This document shows positions 42,153 through 52,719 of a stretch of DNA of 64,000 nucleotides, piece after piece. Position 1 is the first letter of the stretch. Each line of letters starts with the position of its first letter. The notes under the pieces were generated by a model, which did not search any database, was not told where the DNA came from, and was given only the letters and a program-made list of their open reading frames with translations. A program made the translations under genes and the position numbers. Source of the stretch: Bacteroidota bacterium. Lineage in GTDB: Bacteria; Bacteroidota; Bacteroidia; AKYH767-A; 2013-40CM-41-45. Where the stretch lies: positions 1,828 through 65,827 of the forward strand of contig JADKIH010000002.1 of the NCBI GenBank assembly GCA_016721305.1, written 5' to 3'.

Positions 42153-43636
42153 ATGTCCGAAGCCTTAAAAGACACCCAAAAAGTGAATCACAAAGACAAG
42201 TATGAAAATGAGCTTGCTGACTGGATTCAGCAGGAGAAAGCTGCAATTGCTCTAATCCACGTTGCAGGTAGTATGTGGTTTGACAAATCGGTTGAGATTG
42301 TGCTCTTCCGAAATCAACTTGTTGACCGTAGCGCAAGTGAGATCCTGAATCTCCATCAATACTCTAAACAAGTTGTCAAGAAACCGATAAACGTTATCGA
42401 AACTCTTGCGCTTGCAAAAGAGATGAATAAGATTGAACTCGCTCCTTCTCGTATCGACATCGGAGTACTTTGCTCCGAGTGGATTCAGGAACGCAAGAAT
42501 TATAAGAACGCCGAGGAATTTATCGGCAACAAACTCCGCGATTTTATCGGTAAAGAAAAACGTGTGATGGTTCCGAAAGATGTAGTACTCTACGGTTTCG
42601 GTCGTATCGGTCGTTTGCTTATGCGCGAATTGGTAACTCAAGCCGGTAAAGGCGAACAGTTACGTCTGCGTGCAGTAGTAACACGAAACAACAGCGACGA
42701 AGACATCATGAAACGTGGCGATCTTTTACGTAACGACTCAGTTCACGGTGCATTCCCCGGAACAGTGATCGAAGATTTTGAACATAAAGCCCTAATCGTA
42801 AACGGACATTCTGTTCAAATGATTGCATCAAACGATCCTTCAACGATCGATTATACAGCTTATGGCATTCATGATGCAATTGTGATCGACAACACGGGTG
42901 TCGTTCGTGATCGCGAAGGTTTGAGCAAGCACTTGAAATCAAAAGGTGTCAGCAAAGTACTTCTTACCGCTCCGGGAAAAGGTGATGTTCCAAATGTTGT
43001 TTATGGTGTTAATGAAAGCGCCTTTGATCATACTAAGGAAACTGTATTCTCAGCTGCCTCTTGTACGACGAATGCAATCGTCCCGGTATTATCTGTGATC
43101 GAAAGCACTCTCGGCATTGAACGTGGACATATCGAAACTATTCACTCCTACACGAACGATCAGAATTTGCTCGATAACTATCATGCAAAATATCGTCGTG
43201 GTCGCTCAGCGGCTCTCAATATGGTTATCACTGAAACCGGTGCAGATAAGGCTGTAGCGAAAGTTATCCCTCATCTTGCAGGTAAATTAACCGGTAATGC
43301 CGTGCGTGTCCCAACTCCTGATGTATCTCTGGCTATCCTTAATCTCACCGTTAAAAAGAGACAAGCAAAGACGGCGTAAACGAAATTCTTCGTAATGCTT
43401 CTTTACAAGGTGATCTCGTTGAACAAATCCAATACTCCGTATCAAATGAATTGGTATCGACGGATCTTGTAGGCAACTCCTGCGCCTCTATCGTCGACAG
43501 CCCTGCAACAATCGTATCAAAAGACAATAAGTCGATGGTACTTTATGTGTGGTATGATAACGAGTACGGATACAGTCGTCAGGTAATTCGTTATGCGAAG
43601 TATTTGGCGGATGTGATTCGGTTGAGATACTATTAA
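42153..43636 (+). CDS. gap: Glyceraldehyde-3-phosphate dehydrogenase, long form with a roughly 130-aa N-terminal extension. One missing A in the A5 run at 43353-43357
   Basis: VVLYGFGRIGR (NAD site), catalytic SAASCTTNAIVP, C-terminal WYDNEYGYS. Reading A6 gives ...LTVKKETSKDGVNEILRNASLQGDLVEQIQYSVSNELVSTDLVGN..., which continues into track ORF 43451..43636. Confidence 0.8.
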
Positions 43637-43639
43637 AAA

Positions 43640-43722
43640 GGTAAGTTGTAAGTAGTAAGTAGTAAGTTGACTTGCTGTAGAAAGAGTAAGTCAACTTACT
43701 ACTTACTACTTACTACTTACCA
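43640..43722. repeat. GTAAGTW-family perfect long hairpin (bidirectional terminator) between convergent gap and a lipoprotein gene
   Basis: ggtaagttgtaagtagtaagtagtaagttgactt...aagtcaacttactacttactacttactacttacc. Confidence 0.7.
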
Positions 43723-43724
43723 TT

Positions 43725-44420
43725 TCAAAATCTCCCATACCCCACCACTCTCATCTTATAATCCAGACCTTTGACGACGATTCCGTTTTTCTTTCCGAGA
43801 TCTTTTCGTTCTTTATAAATAAGGCCTATTCCTGAGGCGTATTTTTCATTTCCGTAAATTGTTTCTACGTAATTGTTTTCGTCGATTTGTATGACGCTTA
43901 GTGTCGAATCGAAGGAGTTTCCGTTTATGACATCGGACTCATGAAAATATTCGTAGAATGCATCCTCTTCCGAGAGAGTATTGGCATCGTTCACATTCCA
44001 AGTAATGGTTTCGCTAATCGGAAATGACAACTTATGGTATGTTACGTTATCCTCAGTCCGGTAAGCACTGCTCGATGACAAGTATTGCGACCAGACATTC
44101 GAAAGTGCCCAATTTTGCAGTGTGTCATTTCTCCGGTAGCGCAAGACAATCTGATTGATTCGTCCCTGCAAGTCAGAGTAAGAGCTGTCGATCACATCCC
44201 TTACGAAGAAGTGGTATGAATAAACTGAATCATCGTTGTTATTATCGTTCTCGGCATGATAAACAGAATCGACTTCATAATCGACGTACCTTCCTTTTTC
44301 GGTTGGGAAGTAGTTCATGGAAGGAGTCTGAGGCGCCACCGTTTCCTTTTTGCAGGAAACAGTGAAGACGGCCAAAAAAAGCAGGCTGATATAACAAAGT
44401 CTTTGGTTGATTCGGAACAT
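43725..44420 (-). CDS. Hypothetical lipoprotein
   Basis: Lipobox LFLAVFTVSC, 231 aa, intact ORF. No family recognised. Confidence 0.45.
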   Translation of the reverse strand: MFRINQRLCYISLLFLAVFTVSCKKETVAPQTPSMNYFPTEKGRYVDYEVDSVYHAENDNNNDDSVYSYHFFVRDVIDSSYSDLQGRINQIVLRYRRNDTLQNWALSNVWSQYLSSSSAYRTEDNVTYHKLSFPISETITWNVNDANTLSEEDAFYEYFHESDVINGNSFDSTLSVIQIDENNYVETIYGNEKYASGIGLIYKERKDLGKKNGIVVKGLDYKMRVVGYGRF

Positions 44421-44426
44421 GTGTGC

Positions 44427-45515
44427 TTATCTTTCGATAAAGCCGCCGCCGATTACGTCGTCGCCGTCGTAAAAGACCGCACTTTGTCCGGGTGCCACGG
44501 CAGTGACCTGATCATGAAAAATAACTTTCACACGGTCGCCCTGCTGCTCGATGGTACTCGGTGTTCCGGCGTCTTTGTAACGAATGCGCGTAATTGCTTC
44601 GGTAGCATTATCTAACGAAGCGTATTTAATAAGGTTCACATTTTTAACCCACATTTCCTGCTTCTTCAACTCCTCGAAGCTCCCCAACACTACTCTATTG
44701 GTTTCAGGCTGAATTTCAATTACATATGCAGGTTCGCCTAAAGCGATCTCGAGGCCTTTTCTTTGCCCGATAGTATAAAAAGGATAGCCCTTATGGGTGC
44801 CGAGGATCTTGCCTTCGGCATTGACAAATTCACCATTTGCAAGCTTCGCCTCGATCCCATCGACCCGATGCTTGAGGAATGAGCGGTAATCATTATCGGG
44901 AATAAAGCAGATTTCATACGATTCCGGCTTTTTCGCCAATTCATGAAATCCCATCTCCTCCGCCATTTTGCGAATTTCCGGCTTATGGAAGTTGCCAACC
45001 GGGAAAATAGTCCGCGATAAGCACTCCTGCGAAACGCCCCAAAGTACGTAGCTTTGGTCTTTCCAGGCATCTTTACCTTTGCTCACCACATATCTTCCGT
45101 TCAGCTCTCTGACGTTTGCATAATGACCGGTAGCTATAAAGTCGCATTCGAGCATATCGGCTCTTTTAAGCAATGCTTCCCACTTGATATGGGTATTGCA
45201 GCGAACACACGGATTGGGCGTTCTGCCGGCCAGATATTCGCTTACAAAATCGTTGATTACGTGATTTCCGAATTCCTCCCGGATATCGATGATATAGTGA
45301 GGGAATCCTTTCTCTACTGCAATGGAACGGGCATCATTGATCGAATCAAGAGAGCAACATCCGGTCTCCTTTTTTGAGCTGCCGGAAGAGGCATAATCCC
45401 ACGTCTTCATAGTCATGCCGACTACTTCATATCCTTCTTCATGTAAAAGCATGGCAGAGACTGAGGAGTCGATTCCTCCGCTCATTGCCATTAAAACCCG
45501 TCCTTTTTTGCTCAT
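44427..45515 (-). CDS. mnmA: tRNA-specific 2-thiouridylase MnmA
   Basis: PP-loop VLMAMSGGIDSSVSA, the catalytic Cys region and a C-terminal beta-barrel. 362 aa. Confidence 0.9.
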   Translation of the reverse strand: MSKKGRVLMAMSGGIDSSVSAMLLHEEGYEVVGMTMKTWDYASSGSSKKETGCCSLDSINDARSIAVEKGFPHYIIDIREEFGNHVINDFVSEYLAGRTPNPCVRCNTHIKWEALLKRADMLECDFIATGHYANVRELNGRYVVSKGKDAWKDQSYVLWGVSQECLSRTIFPVGNFHKPEIRKMAEEMGFHELAKKPESYEICFIPDNDYRSFLKHRVDGIEAKLANGEFVNAEGKILGTHKGYPFYTIGQRKGLEIALGEPAYVIEIQPETNRVVLGSFEELKKQEMWVKNVNLIKYASLDNATEAITRIRYKDAGTPSTIEQQGDRVKVIFHDQVTAVAPGQSAVFYDGDDVIGGGFIER

Positions 45516-45571
45516 TTTTTACCTCACAATTCAAAAAAAATCCCGACCTCTAAAGATCGGGAACAAAGGTA

Positions 45572-46320
45572 CTACTTTCCTTCCTCTTTTATTGGAACTT
45601 CGTCGCCATCGAGTTTGATTGGATTTAACCAAACCCCGGCGTGGTATTTATCTTCACGATCCTTTTCGCCACTTTCTTTGAAAATCATCCATACGCCTTC
45701 TTTCAAGCCATTTTTGTATGAGCCGCGTTGCCAAACTTTGCCATTTGGAAAAAAGACGATTAACTCACCGATATACTCATTGTCTTTCATGGTTCCGGAA
45801 GTCTTAGGTTTGCCATCGGCAAAAAACTCCTTCACGATACCGTTTTTCTTATCGTTCTTATAAGTCGTGAGGCTCGAAACTTGACCACTCTGATAAAAGA
45901 TTTTCCACTCCCCTTCTTTTTGCCGTTCTTATAAAATTCTTCCGTCGACTTTTTACCTTCTTCGTCAAAATAAGTCCATAAGGAATCTTTGTTGCGACCG
46001 AGTATTTACCGGTTGCCAATATCTGACCATCTTCACGATACACTATTGCTGATGCAACTTCTTTAGTTCCCGTGTAGTGCAAAACAGATTGCTGCTTACC
46101 GCTTTTGTAAAATGTTTTGAAGTCGCCTACATGCAAATCGTTTTTATAAATGGCACTTGAGAAAAGCGTATCATTCTGATAATACTTCTTCCAGACTCCT
46201 TGCTTCTTACCGGCAGCATCGGTACGATTGATCGTATCACCCTTGAAGACAGAATACTTCTGGCCAAATGACAACATGGTCATTGCCATTAAAAGGAATA
46301 AACAGAGTCTGGTTTTCATG
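45572..46320 (-). CDS. MORN-repeat (YwqK/antitoxin-like repeat) periplasmic protein, broken by two indels
   Basis: Signal peptide MKTRLCLFLLMAMTMLSFG. Repeats of G-x-W-x-x-Y-x-x-G. Shifts near 45995-46005 and in T5 at 45917-45921 (+ strand) restore ...GKKSTEEFYKNGKKEGEWKIFYQSGQVSSLTTYKNDKKNGIVKEFFADGKP..., joining ORFs 45858..46361 and 45572..45835. Confidence 0.6.
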
Positions 46321-46527
46321 CGGACAAATATAGAGGATTTTTTAGGTTGAGTGTGGATCACCTCGCTATCGTTATCGATAACGATAGCGATAACGACAAC
46401 GAGGTGTAAGTATTTAGTCAGTGCTCAAAAATCTTTACCAAAGTCTCAATTTTCAGCTGAAAATGGGCTCTGTTGTCCGATTAAAAAAAATATTACATTG
46501 CGAACCATTAAATCCTAATAGAATCAT

Positions 46528-48268
46528 ATGAATACACCATCTACGAATTCGGGTCACCCGCGTGGCCTCTATCTTTTGTTCTTCACTGAGATGTGGGAAC
46601 GTTTCAGCTACTACGGTATGCGGGCCATCTTCATTCTATATATGACTAAGGCATTGTTTCTCGACAAAGCATTAGCATCAAACATTTATGGAAGCTTTAC
46701 CGGTCTTGTTTATCTGACACCGCTGTTAGGTGGTTACATCTGCGATAAGTTCTGGGGAAACCGCCGAAGTATTCTTGTCGGTGGATTATTGATGGCAGCA
46801 GGTCAGTTCCTTTTGTTCCTTAGCGGCAGCGCAGTGACGGAAGGCGTTCAAAGCGCATCTGCCGTTTCGTTTATGTGGATGGGACTTACATTATTGATTA
46901 TCGGTAATGGTTTCTTCAAACCGAATATCTCAACCATGGTTGGTCAATTGTATCCGAAAAATGATTCTCGGATCGATGGAGCCTTTACGATTTTCTATAT
47001 GGGAATCAATATGGGAGCATTCTTCTCTCCACTCGTTTGTGGAAGCTTAGGCGACACCGGAAATATTGGAGATTTTAAATATGGTTTCCTTGCAGCTGCA
47101 ATTGGAATGGTGGTTAGTACTATCTCATTTGAGCTTCTTAAAAACAAACATTTAAAAGGCCCCGATGGCAATCCGATCGGAATGCCAATTGCAAAAATGC
47201 CGATGAAAACCTATGGTGTCATTATAGGTAGCATTGCAGCCATCTATTTCCTGATGAACTGGAAAAAGATCGCCACAGGAATGTTTGGTGAAGCCAGCTT
47301 TGTTGCCAATATGGACTTGATCGCATATCTCATTTATGCCTCGTTAATCGTAATGCCGGCAATTATCCTTACCGACAAATCGCTTACTAAAGACGAAAGA
47401 GAGCGAATCATCGTTGTCTTCATTCTTGCCTTCTTTGTCATCTTCTTTTGGGCGTGTTTTGAACAAGCAGGTGCTTCGCTGACTCTCTTTGCGGATCAGC
47501 AAGTGAAGCGTGATATCATTATCAACATCAGCAAATACGTCATTATGGTCTTTGCATCGGTTCTGGCGTTTTATCTGACTAAAGCCCTTGGTTGGTTCTT
47601 TGAATGGTCGAAAAAGACTATCCTTACGATTCAAGGTATTTCTATCGTTGCTCTTGTTGCTCTTACTTTCACAGGATATATCGCCGATTTCCACAAGGAT
47701 GAATTCCCTGCTTCATGGTTCCAATCAATCAATCCACTTGCGATCATCATTCTCGCACCAATGTTTACCATGTTATGGGGCAAGCTTGCAAAATTCAACA
47801 TGGAACCTTCTTCCCCATTAAAGATGTCGATGGGTTTGGCTTTAGTTTCACTTGGATTCGTGATCATTGCATTTGCAGTAAAAGGCTTACCTCCTTCTGA
47901 AAAGATTGCCATGACTTGGTTATTTGCTCTCTACATCGTTCATACAATGGGTGAACTTTGTCTCTCTCAATCGATTGAGTATGGTAAGTAAACTTGCTCC
48001 TCTTCGCTTATCCTCTTTGATGATGGGTACGTGGTTCCTGGCTAATGCAGTTGCTAATAAATTTGCAGGAACACTTAGCGCCCTTATTCCTCCGGGAGCA
48101 GGTGAAGAACCTGCTGCAGCAGGAGCTCCTATTCCTTCATTCCTTGGAATTGAAATTTCAAATCTGTTCATTTTCTTCTGTGTATTCATCGTTCTGAGCG
48201 GAACAGCATCTCTCATATTGGTTGCCGGTTACCGTAAACTCATTAAAATGATGCACGGAGTCAACTAA
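46528..48268 (+). CDS. Proton-dependent oligopeptide transporter (POT/PTR2, DtpT-like), with one indel near 47975-47985
   Basis: PTR2 signature GLYLLFFTEMWERFSYYGMRAIFILYM and 14 TM helices. The C-terminal part (…SMVSKLAPLRLSSLMMGTWFLANAVAN…) is in track ORF 47924..48268. Confidence 0.85.
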
Positions 48269-48299
48269 AGCATTGCGATTTGTAAGAAACTTTCAAAAA

Positions 48300-48325
48300 G
48301 GCCGGAATCAATTCCGGCCTTTTTT
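48300..48325 (+). terminator. Rho-independent terminator
   Basis: ggccggaatcaattccggcc followed by T6. Confidence 0.65.
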
Positions 48326-48366
48326 GTATCTTAGTCATCATAACCCGGTTATAACAGGAATTATAA

Positions 48367-48840
48367 ATGAAATCAAAAATTCTCCTTTTGGCCATTTGCT
48401 TTGCCTTGTTCAATGTTTCTTTCTCTCCGGAGGAAAAGACTGAAGGTGGGATTAAATGGATGACATTCAAAGAAGCTCTTGCCCAAAGCGAAAAATCGCC
48501 GAAGAAGATTTTTATCGATATGTACACGGGATGGTGCGGGTGGTGCAAAAAGATGGATGCCTATACATTCAAAGATCCGAAAGTGGTTAAGTACATGAAC
48601 GAACATTATTATGCTGTAAAGTTTGATGCCGAGACGCACGATACCGTTTATTTCCAAAACAAAGCTTATTACTATAAAGCTGAGTATAAGTCCAACGAGA
48701 TCGCAGTATACTTGCTCAATGGCCAGATGAGCTACCCAACGGCGGTTTATCTGGACGAGAAGACTGCTCCTATAACCGCAGTTCCCGGTTACCAAACTCC
48801 CGAGCAACTCTTCCGATTCTTGCTTTTTGGCGGAGGATAG
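48367..48840 (+). CDS. Secreted thioredoxin-fold protein (WCGWC active site)
   Basis: Signal peptide. IDMYTGWCGWCKKMD in thioredoxin-fold topology. Confidence 0.6.
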   Translation: MKSKILLLAICFALFNVSFSPEEKTEGGIKWMTFKEALAQSEKSPKKIFIDMYTGWCGWCKKMDAYTFKDPKVVKYMNEHYYAVKFDAETHDTVYFQNKAYYYKAEYKSNEIAVYLLNGQMSYPTAVYLDEKTAPITAVPGYQTPEQLFRFLLFGGG

Positions 48841-49026
48841 ATACAAAACAGAAAAATGGGACGATTATATTAAGACCTACAAACCGTAGTCTTCTAAATT
48901 CCGTAAGCCAACCTGCTCATTTCCATACTCCTTCAATTTCAAGCAATTTAATTCTGCTTCCGAATTTGGCAAGCTTAATTAATTCGGTATTTTTGCCGCC
49001 CGTTCCGCCTTTTAAAGCGGAAATAT

Positions 49027-49101
49027 GGTGATTGTAGCTCAGTCGGTTAGAGCGCTAGATTGTGGATCTAGAGGTCGCGGGTTCGAGCCCCGTCTTTCAC
49101 C
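49027..49101 (+). tRNA. tRNA-His (anticodon GUG) with the extra 5' G-1
   Basis: Cloverleaf: D arm gctcagtcggttagagc, anticodon arm ctaga-ttGTGga-tctag, T arm gcgggttcgagccccgt. Acceptor positions 5 and 6 are T:T mismatches, possibly indel or base errors. Confidence 0.8.
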
Positions 49102-49113
49102 CGGTTAACTAAA

Positions 49114-49139
49114 GCTGTCGGCAACGACGGCTTTTTTTA
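49114..49139 (+). terminator. Rho-independent terminator after tRNA-His
   Basis: gctgtcggcaacgacggc followed by T7. Confidence 0.55.
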
Positions 49140-49195
49140 TTTATGACCATTTTCATCTCCGATACTCCCCTTCCATACGTATCTTTGCAGAAGGA

Positions 49196-51328
49196 ATGGA
49201 AAACAAAGTCTTGTTGAATGTAGAGGGAATGGATTGCGCCAATTGCGCAATGACAATCACGCGCACCTTGCAGAAGTCGGGTTACAAAGAAGTGAACGTA
49301 AACTTTGCGACCGGTGAAGTGCTTTTTGATATTGTCGAAAGCGTGGCTGTAACCAAAGCTGTCGGAGCTATTGAGCAACTAGGCTACCACGTCACTGCTC
49401 GTTCTGATGCTCAGCAAGGTTCAATTCCAAATGACCAGCCGAGCCATTCTCAAATGATGGAATGGAAATTTCTTTTCTCACTGGTGTTCACGATTCCTCT
49501 CCTTGCCCACATGTTTCTGCCTTTCCCGATCCTGCATCAGGCGTGGTTTCAGTTGGCCATTTGCTCGCCCGTGATGGCTCTCGGAGTTTGGCATTTTGGC
49601 AAAAGTGCCTTCTACTCCATTCGAGCCGGTGTTCCGAATATGGATGTGCTTATCATTATCGGTTCGTCATCTGCCTTCATTTATTCTTCAATGCAAATGT
49701 ATGCCGGCGATGCCCATCCGATTCTTTTCTTCGAAACTGCTGCTACGATTATCACACTTGTGCTGATGGGAAATCTCATCGAACACCGATCGGTTAAACA
49801 GACTACCACTTCGATCGGAGAGCTAAGTAAACTTCAGGTTAAAAAGGCAAAAAAAATTATCACTGACGGAAGCACAGAAACGATCGTCGAAATCAATACC
49901 GACGAATTAGTAAAAGACGACCTTGTTCAAATCAATTCGGGCGACAGAGTCCCGGCTGACGGCATCATTTTGTCAGGCACAGTATTGATTGACGAGTCGA
50001 TGATTACCGGAGAAAGCTTACCTGTCACCAAAACAAATGGCGATGCAGTTACAGGCGGAACATTGCTTGAAGACGGAACAGCACGTGTAACGATTCTAAA
50101 AAACACGAAAGACTCCGCACTTTCTAAAATCATTGAGCTGGTAAAAATGGCACAGCACGACAAGCCTGCCATTCAACGATTGGGAGACCGCATCAGCGCC
50201 ATCTTTGTCCCTGTTGTTGTGAGCATTTCCATTCTCACGTTTTTCGTGTCTCACTTCGGCTTCGATATACCGACTTACAAGGCTGTCTTGAATAGCATTG
50301 CCGTTCTGGTCATCTCCTGCCCTTGTGCGATGGGACTGGCTACGCCGACAGCCGTAATGGCAGGTATTGGAAGAGCAGCAAAGAACGGCATTTTGATTCG
50401 CGGAGGCTCAACGCTTGAGCAGTTAGCTTCTGTTAAAACCATCGTCTTCGATAAAACTGGCACTCTTACAACAGGGCATTTTAAAATAAAAGCCATCCAA
50501 ATTATCGATGGCAATGAAGATGAAATTAAACGCATTCTTTACTCGGCGGAAATCCATTCTTCTCATCCAATTGCCAAATCCATCTGCAAAGAACTTCGCT
50601 CCTTCGAATCTCAAAAAATTGTTTGGAAGGATGTACACGAAGACAAAGGAATCGGAATAAATGTGACAGCGAACGACGGAACATTGTACAGCATCGGATC
50701 ATTTCAGATGGTTCGCCATTTTTACACAGACCATTCGCATTCAATCTATGTTCTCAGAAACAACAAACTCATAGCAACAGTAGATCTTCAAGATGAAATC
50801 AAGCCCGGAACTCAGGAAATGATTTCTACTCTGAAGAAAGCAGGTATGAATGTCGTCATGGTCAGTGGTGACAGAAAAGCCAATGCCGAACACATTGCAG
50901 CAATTTGCGGCATCGATACAGTTTTCTCTGAGCAACTGCCATCACAAAAGTCGGCCATTCTTCAAAAATTAAGCAGCGAAAAGCCAACGGCGATGATTGG
51001 CGACGGTATCAATGATGCACCCGCACTTGCCATGGCCACGGTTAGAATATCCATCAGCAATGCTACCGATGTAGCTATTCAGTCATCCCAGGTTATTTTG
51101 CTTGACCGAAACGATTTAACCGTACTGCTGAAGGCGATACAAATTTCCAAGCTCACTTACTCAACTATAAAACAAAATTTATTTTGGGCATTCTGCTATA
51201 ACGTTATTGCAATTCCGATTGCAGCCGCAGGATACCTGAATCCAATGATAGGTGCATTATCTATGGCGTTTTCCGACGTTATTGTGATCGGAAATTCTCT
51301 TCGTTTAAAAACCCGACGAATTTCTTAA
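49196..51328 (+). CDS. copA: Heavy-metal (Cu+-type) translocating P1B-type ATPase
   Basis: HMA domain GMDCANCAM, TGES, CPC (ISCPCAMGLATP), DKTGTLT and GDGINDAP. 710 aa, intact ORF. Confidence 0.85.
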   Translation: MENKVLLNVEGMDCANCAMTITRTLQKSGYKEVNVNFATGEVLFDIVESVAVTKAVGAIEQLGYHVTARSDAQQGSIPNDQPSHSQMMEWKFLFSLVFTIPLLAHMFLPFPILHQAWFQLAICSPVMALGVWHFGKSAFYSIRAGVPNMDVLIIIGSSSAFIYSSMQMYAGDAHPILFFETAATIITLVLMGNLIEHRSVKQTTTSIGELSKLQVKKAKKIITDGSTETIVEINTDELVKDDLVQINSGDRVPADGIILSGTVLIDESMITGESLPVTKTNGDAVTGGTLLEDGTARVTILKNTKDSALSKIIELVKMAQHDKPAIQRLGDRISAIFVPVVVSISILTFFVSHFGFDIPTYKAVLNSIAVLVISCPCAMGLATPTAVMAGIGRAAKNGILIRGGSTLEQLASVKTIVFDKTGTLTTGHFKIKAIQIIDGNEDEIKRILYSAEIHSSHPIAKSICKELRSFESQKIVWKDVHEDKGIGINVTANDGTLYSIGSFQMVRHFYTDHSHSIYVLRNNKLIATVDLQDEIKPGTQEMISTLKKAGMNVVMVSGDRKANAEHIAAICGIDTVFSEQLPSQKSAILQKLSSEKPTAMIGDGINDAPALAMATVRISISNATDVAIQSSQVILLDRNDLTVLLKAIQISKLTYSTIKQNLFWAFCYNVIAIPIAAAGYLNPMIGALSMAFSDVIVIGNSLRLKTRRIS

Positions 51329-51351
51329 TTTCACCCGCGAGAAATTCCTAT

Positions 51352-52520
51352 TTGAAAAATCAGCCTATGAATATTCTGATGATCACCAAGTGGTATCCCT
51401 ATGATAAGGATCCGCAAATGGGCGTATTCATTCAGAAGCATGCGCGGGCCATTGCGCTTTCAAATAAGATTCATGTCATTTATGCTTATTCGGCAGAGCG
51501 ACAAAAAGAGAAGTTTTTACATAGAGAGTCTGAAAACGGAAATCTCACAGAGCATCGTATCTCTTATCAAAAAGACACCTCTCCTCTTTCGAAAATCATC
51601 AATGCTCAGCGCTATAAACAGGCTGTCGAAATGGTTGTCGACACATTGACCCATCGTGGTTTTAAAGCCGACATTCTGCATGCATATATTTTGCTCCGAA
51701 CAGGCTGGATGGCACGACAGTTAAGTCGAAAATTAAATATCCCGTATATAATTTCCGAACAATGGTCGGGTTACGCTACAGGTAAATACGCAGCACAATC
51801 GTCGGTCGTAAAACGACTGACAAAATCAGTTTTAAAGATGCTGCAGGGCTGACCGTTGTTTCTGAATTTCTACGTGACAAAATGGTGTCACAGGGATTGT
51901 CGCATCCTCGAACAATCATTACACCCAACATTGTTGAGCCCCGGAATTCAGATCATCCAACACAAAACAAAAGCAAGAAAATTGCTGTGCTGATGGTAGC
52001 GGATCAGGTCGATGAAATCAAAAACATCAGCGGTGTTATCAGAGCTGTCGAAGAAATTGCGAAACATCGTAACGACTTTGAACTTCGAATCATCGGTCAC
52101 GGAAAAGATCAGTTACGGCTTATGAGAATGGCTGAAGAAAAAGGACTGCTCAATTCTGTGATCCATTTCGAAGGCTTAAAAGACAACAATGAAGTTTACG
52201 CCTACCTTCATCGCTCTGATTTTTTAGTCATGAATAGCCGCTTCGAAACATTTTCCCTGATTTGTTGCGAAGCGATGAGTTGCGGAAAACCCGTTTTGGC
52301 TACCCGATGCGGAGGCCCCGAGAGCTTCGTTAACTCTGACACCGGAATACTCATACCGGTAGATCACCACGAAGATCTTGTCTCAGGGTTAGAAAAAATG
52401 CTGGATTCTTTCCAAGATTTTCATGCAGAAAAAATCAGAGAAAGTGTAGAGAAACGCTTTAGCATAGAAACTCTTTCATTAACATTTTCAAATTTTTACG
52501 AGAAAGTAACCAAGCCCTGA
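51352..52520 (+). CDS. Family-4 (GT-B) glycosyltransferase with one missing A in the A3 run at 51834-51836
   Basis: N-terminal Glyco_trans_4-like part (ORF 51352..51852) and a C-terminal GT1 part with E-x7-E (ORF 51882..52520). Reading A4 gives ...RLTKSVLKDAAGLTVVSEFLRDKMVSQGL... Confidence 0.7.
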
Positions 52521-52719
52521 AGTGTCATTAAACAGGACAATTCCATCATCTGTGAAGGAATTAAAACCGGTAATTTTATAATGACAACAAATGACACAAA
52601 AAGGCCAAAATCATGGTTTTTTACTTGAAGTTTTCTTTGGATTAGAGAAACCTTTATATAAATTTGTCGGGATAAATCAAAACCTAAAATATTGTCTAAC
52701 TAAATATCAAACTAACAAA

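Noticed and set aside
1885-43722. A possible CRISPR array, given the many short direct repeats
   Set aside because: Repeat units are 7-8 nt in tandem with no spacers of unique sequence. There are no 25-40-nt repeats with 30-40-nt spacers and no cas genes anywhere in the window.
49109-49378. 89-aa ORF antisense to the copA 5' end and overlapping the tRNA-His terminator
   Set aside because: It is antisense to a strongly supported P-type ATPase start, with no RBS or domain. Typical shadow ORF.
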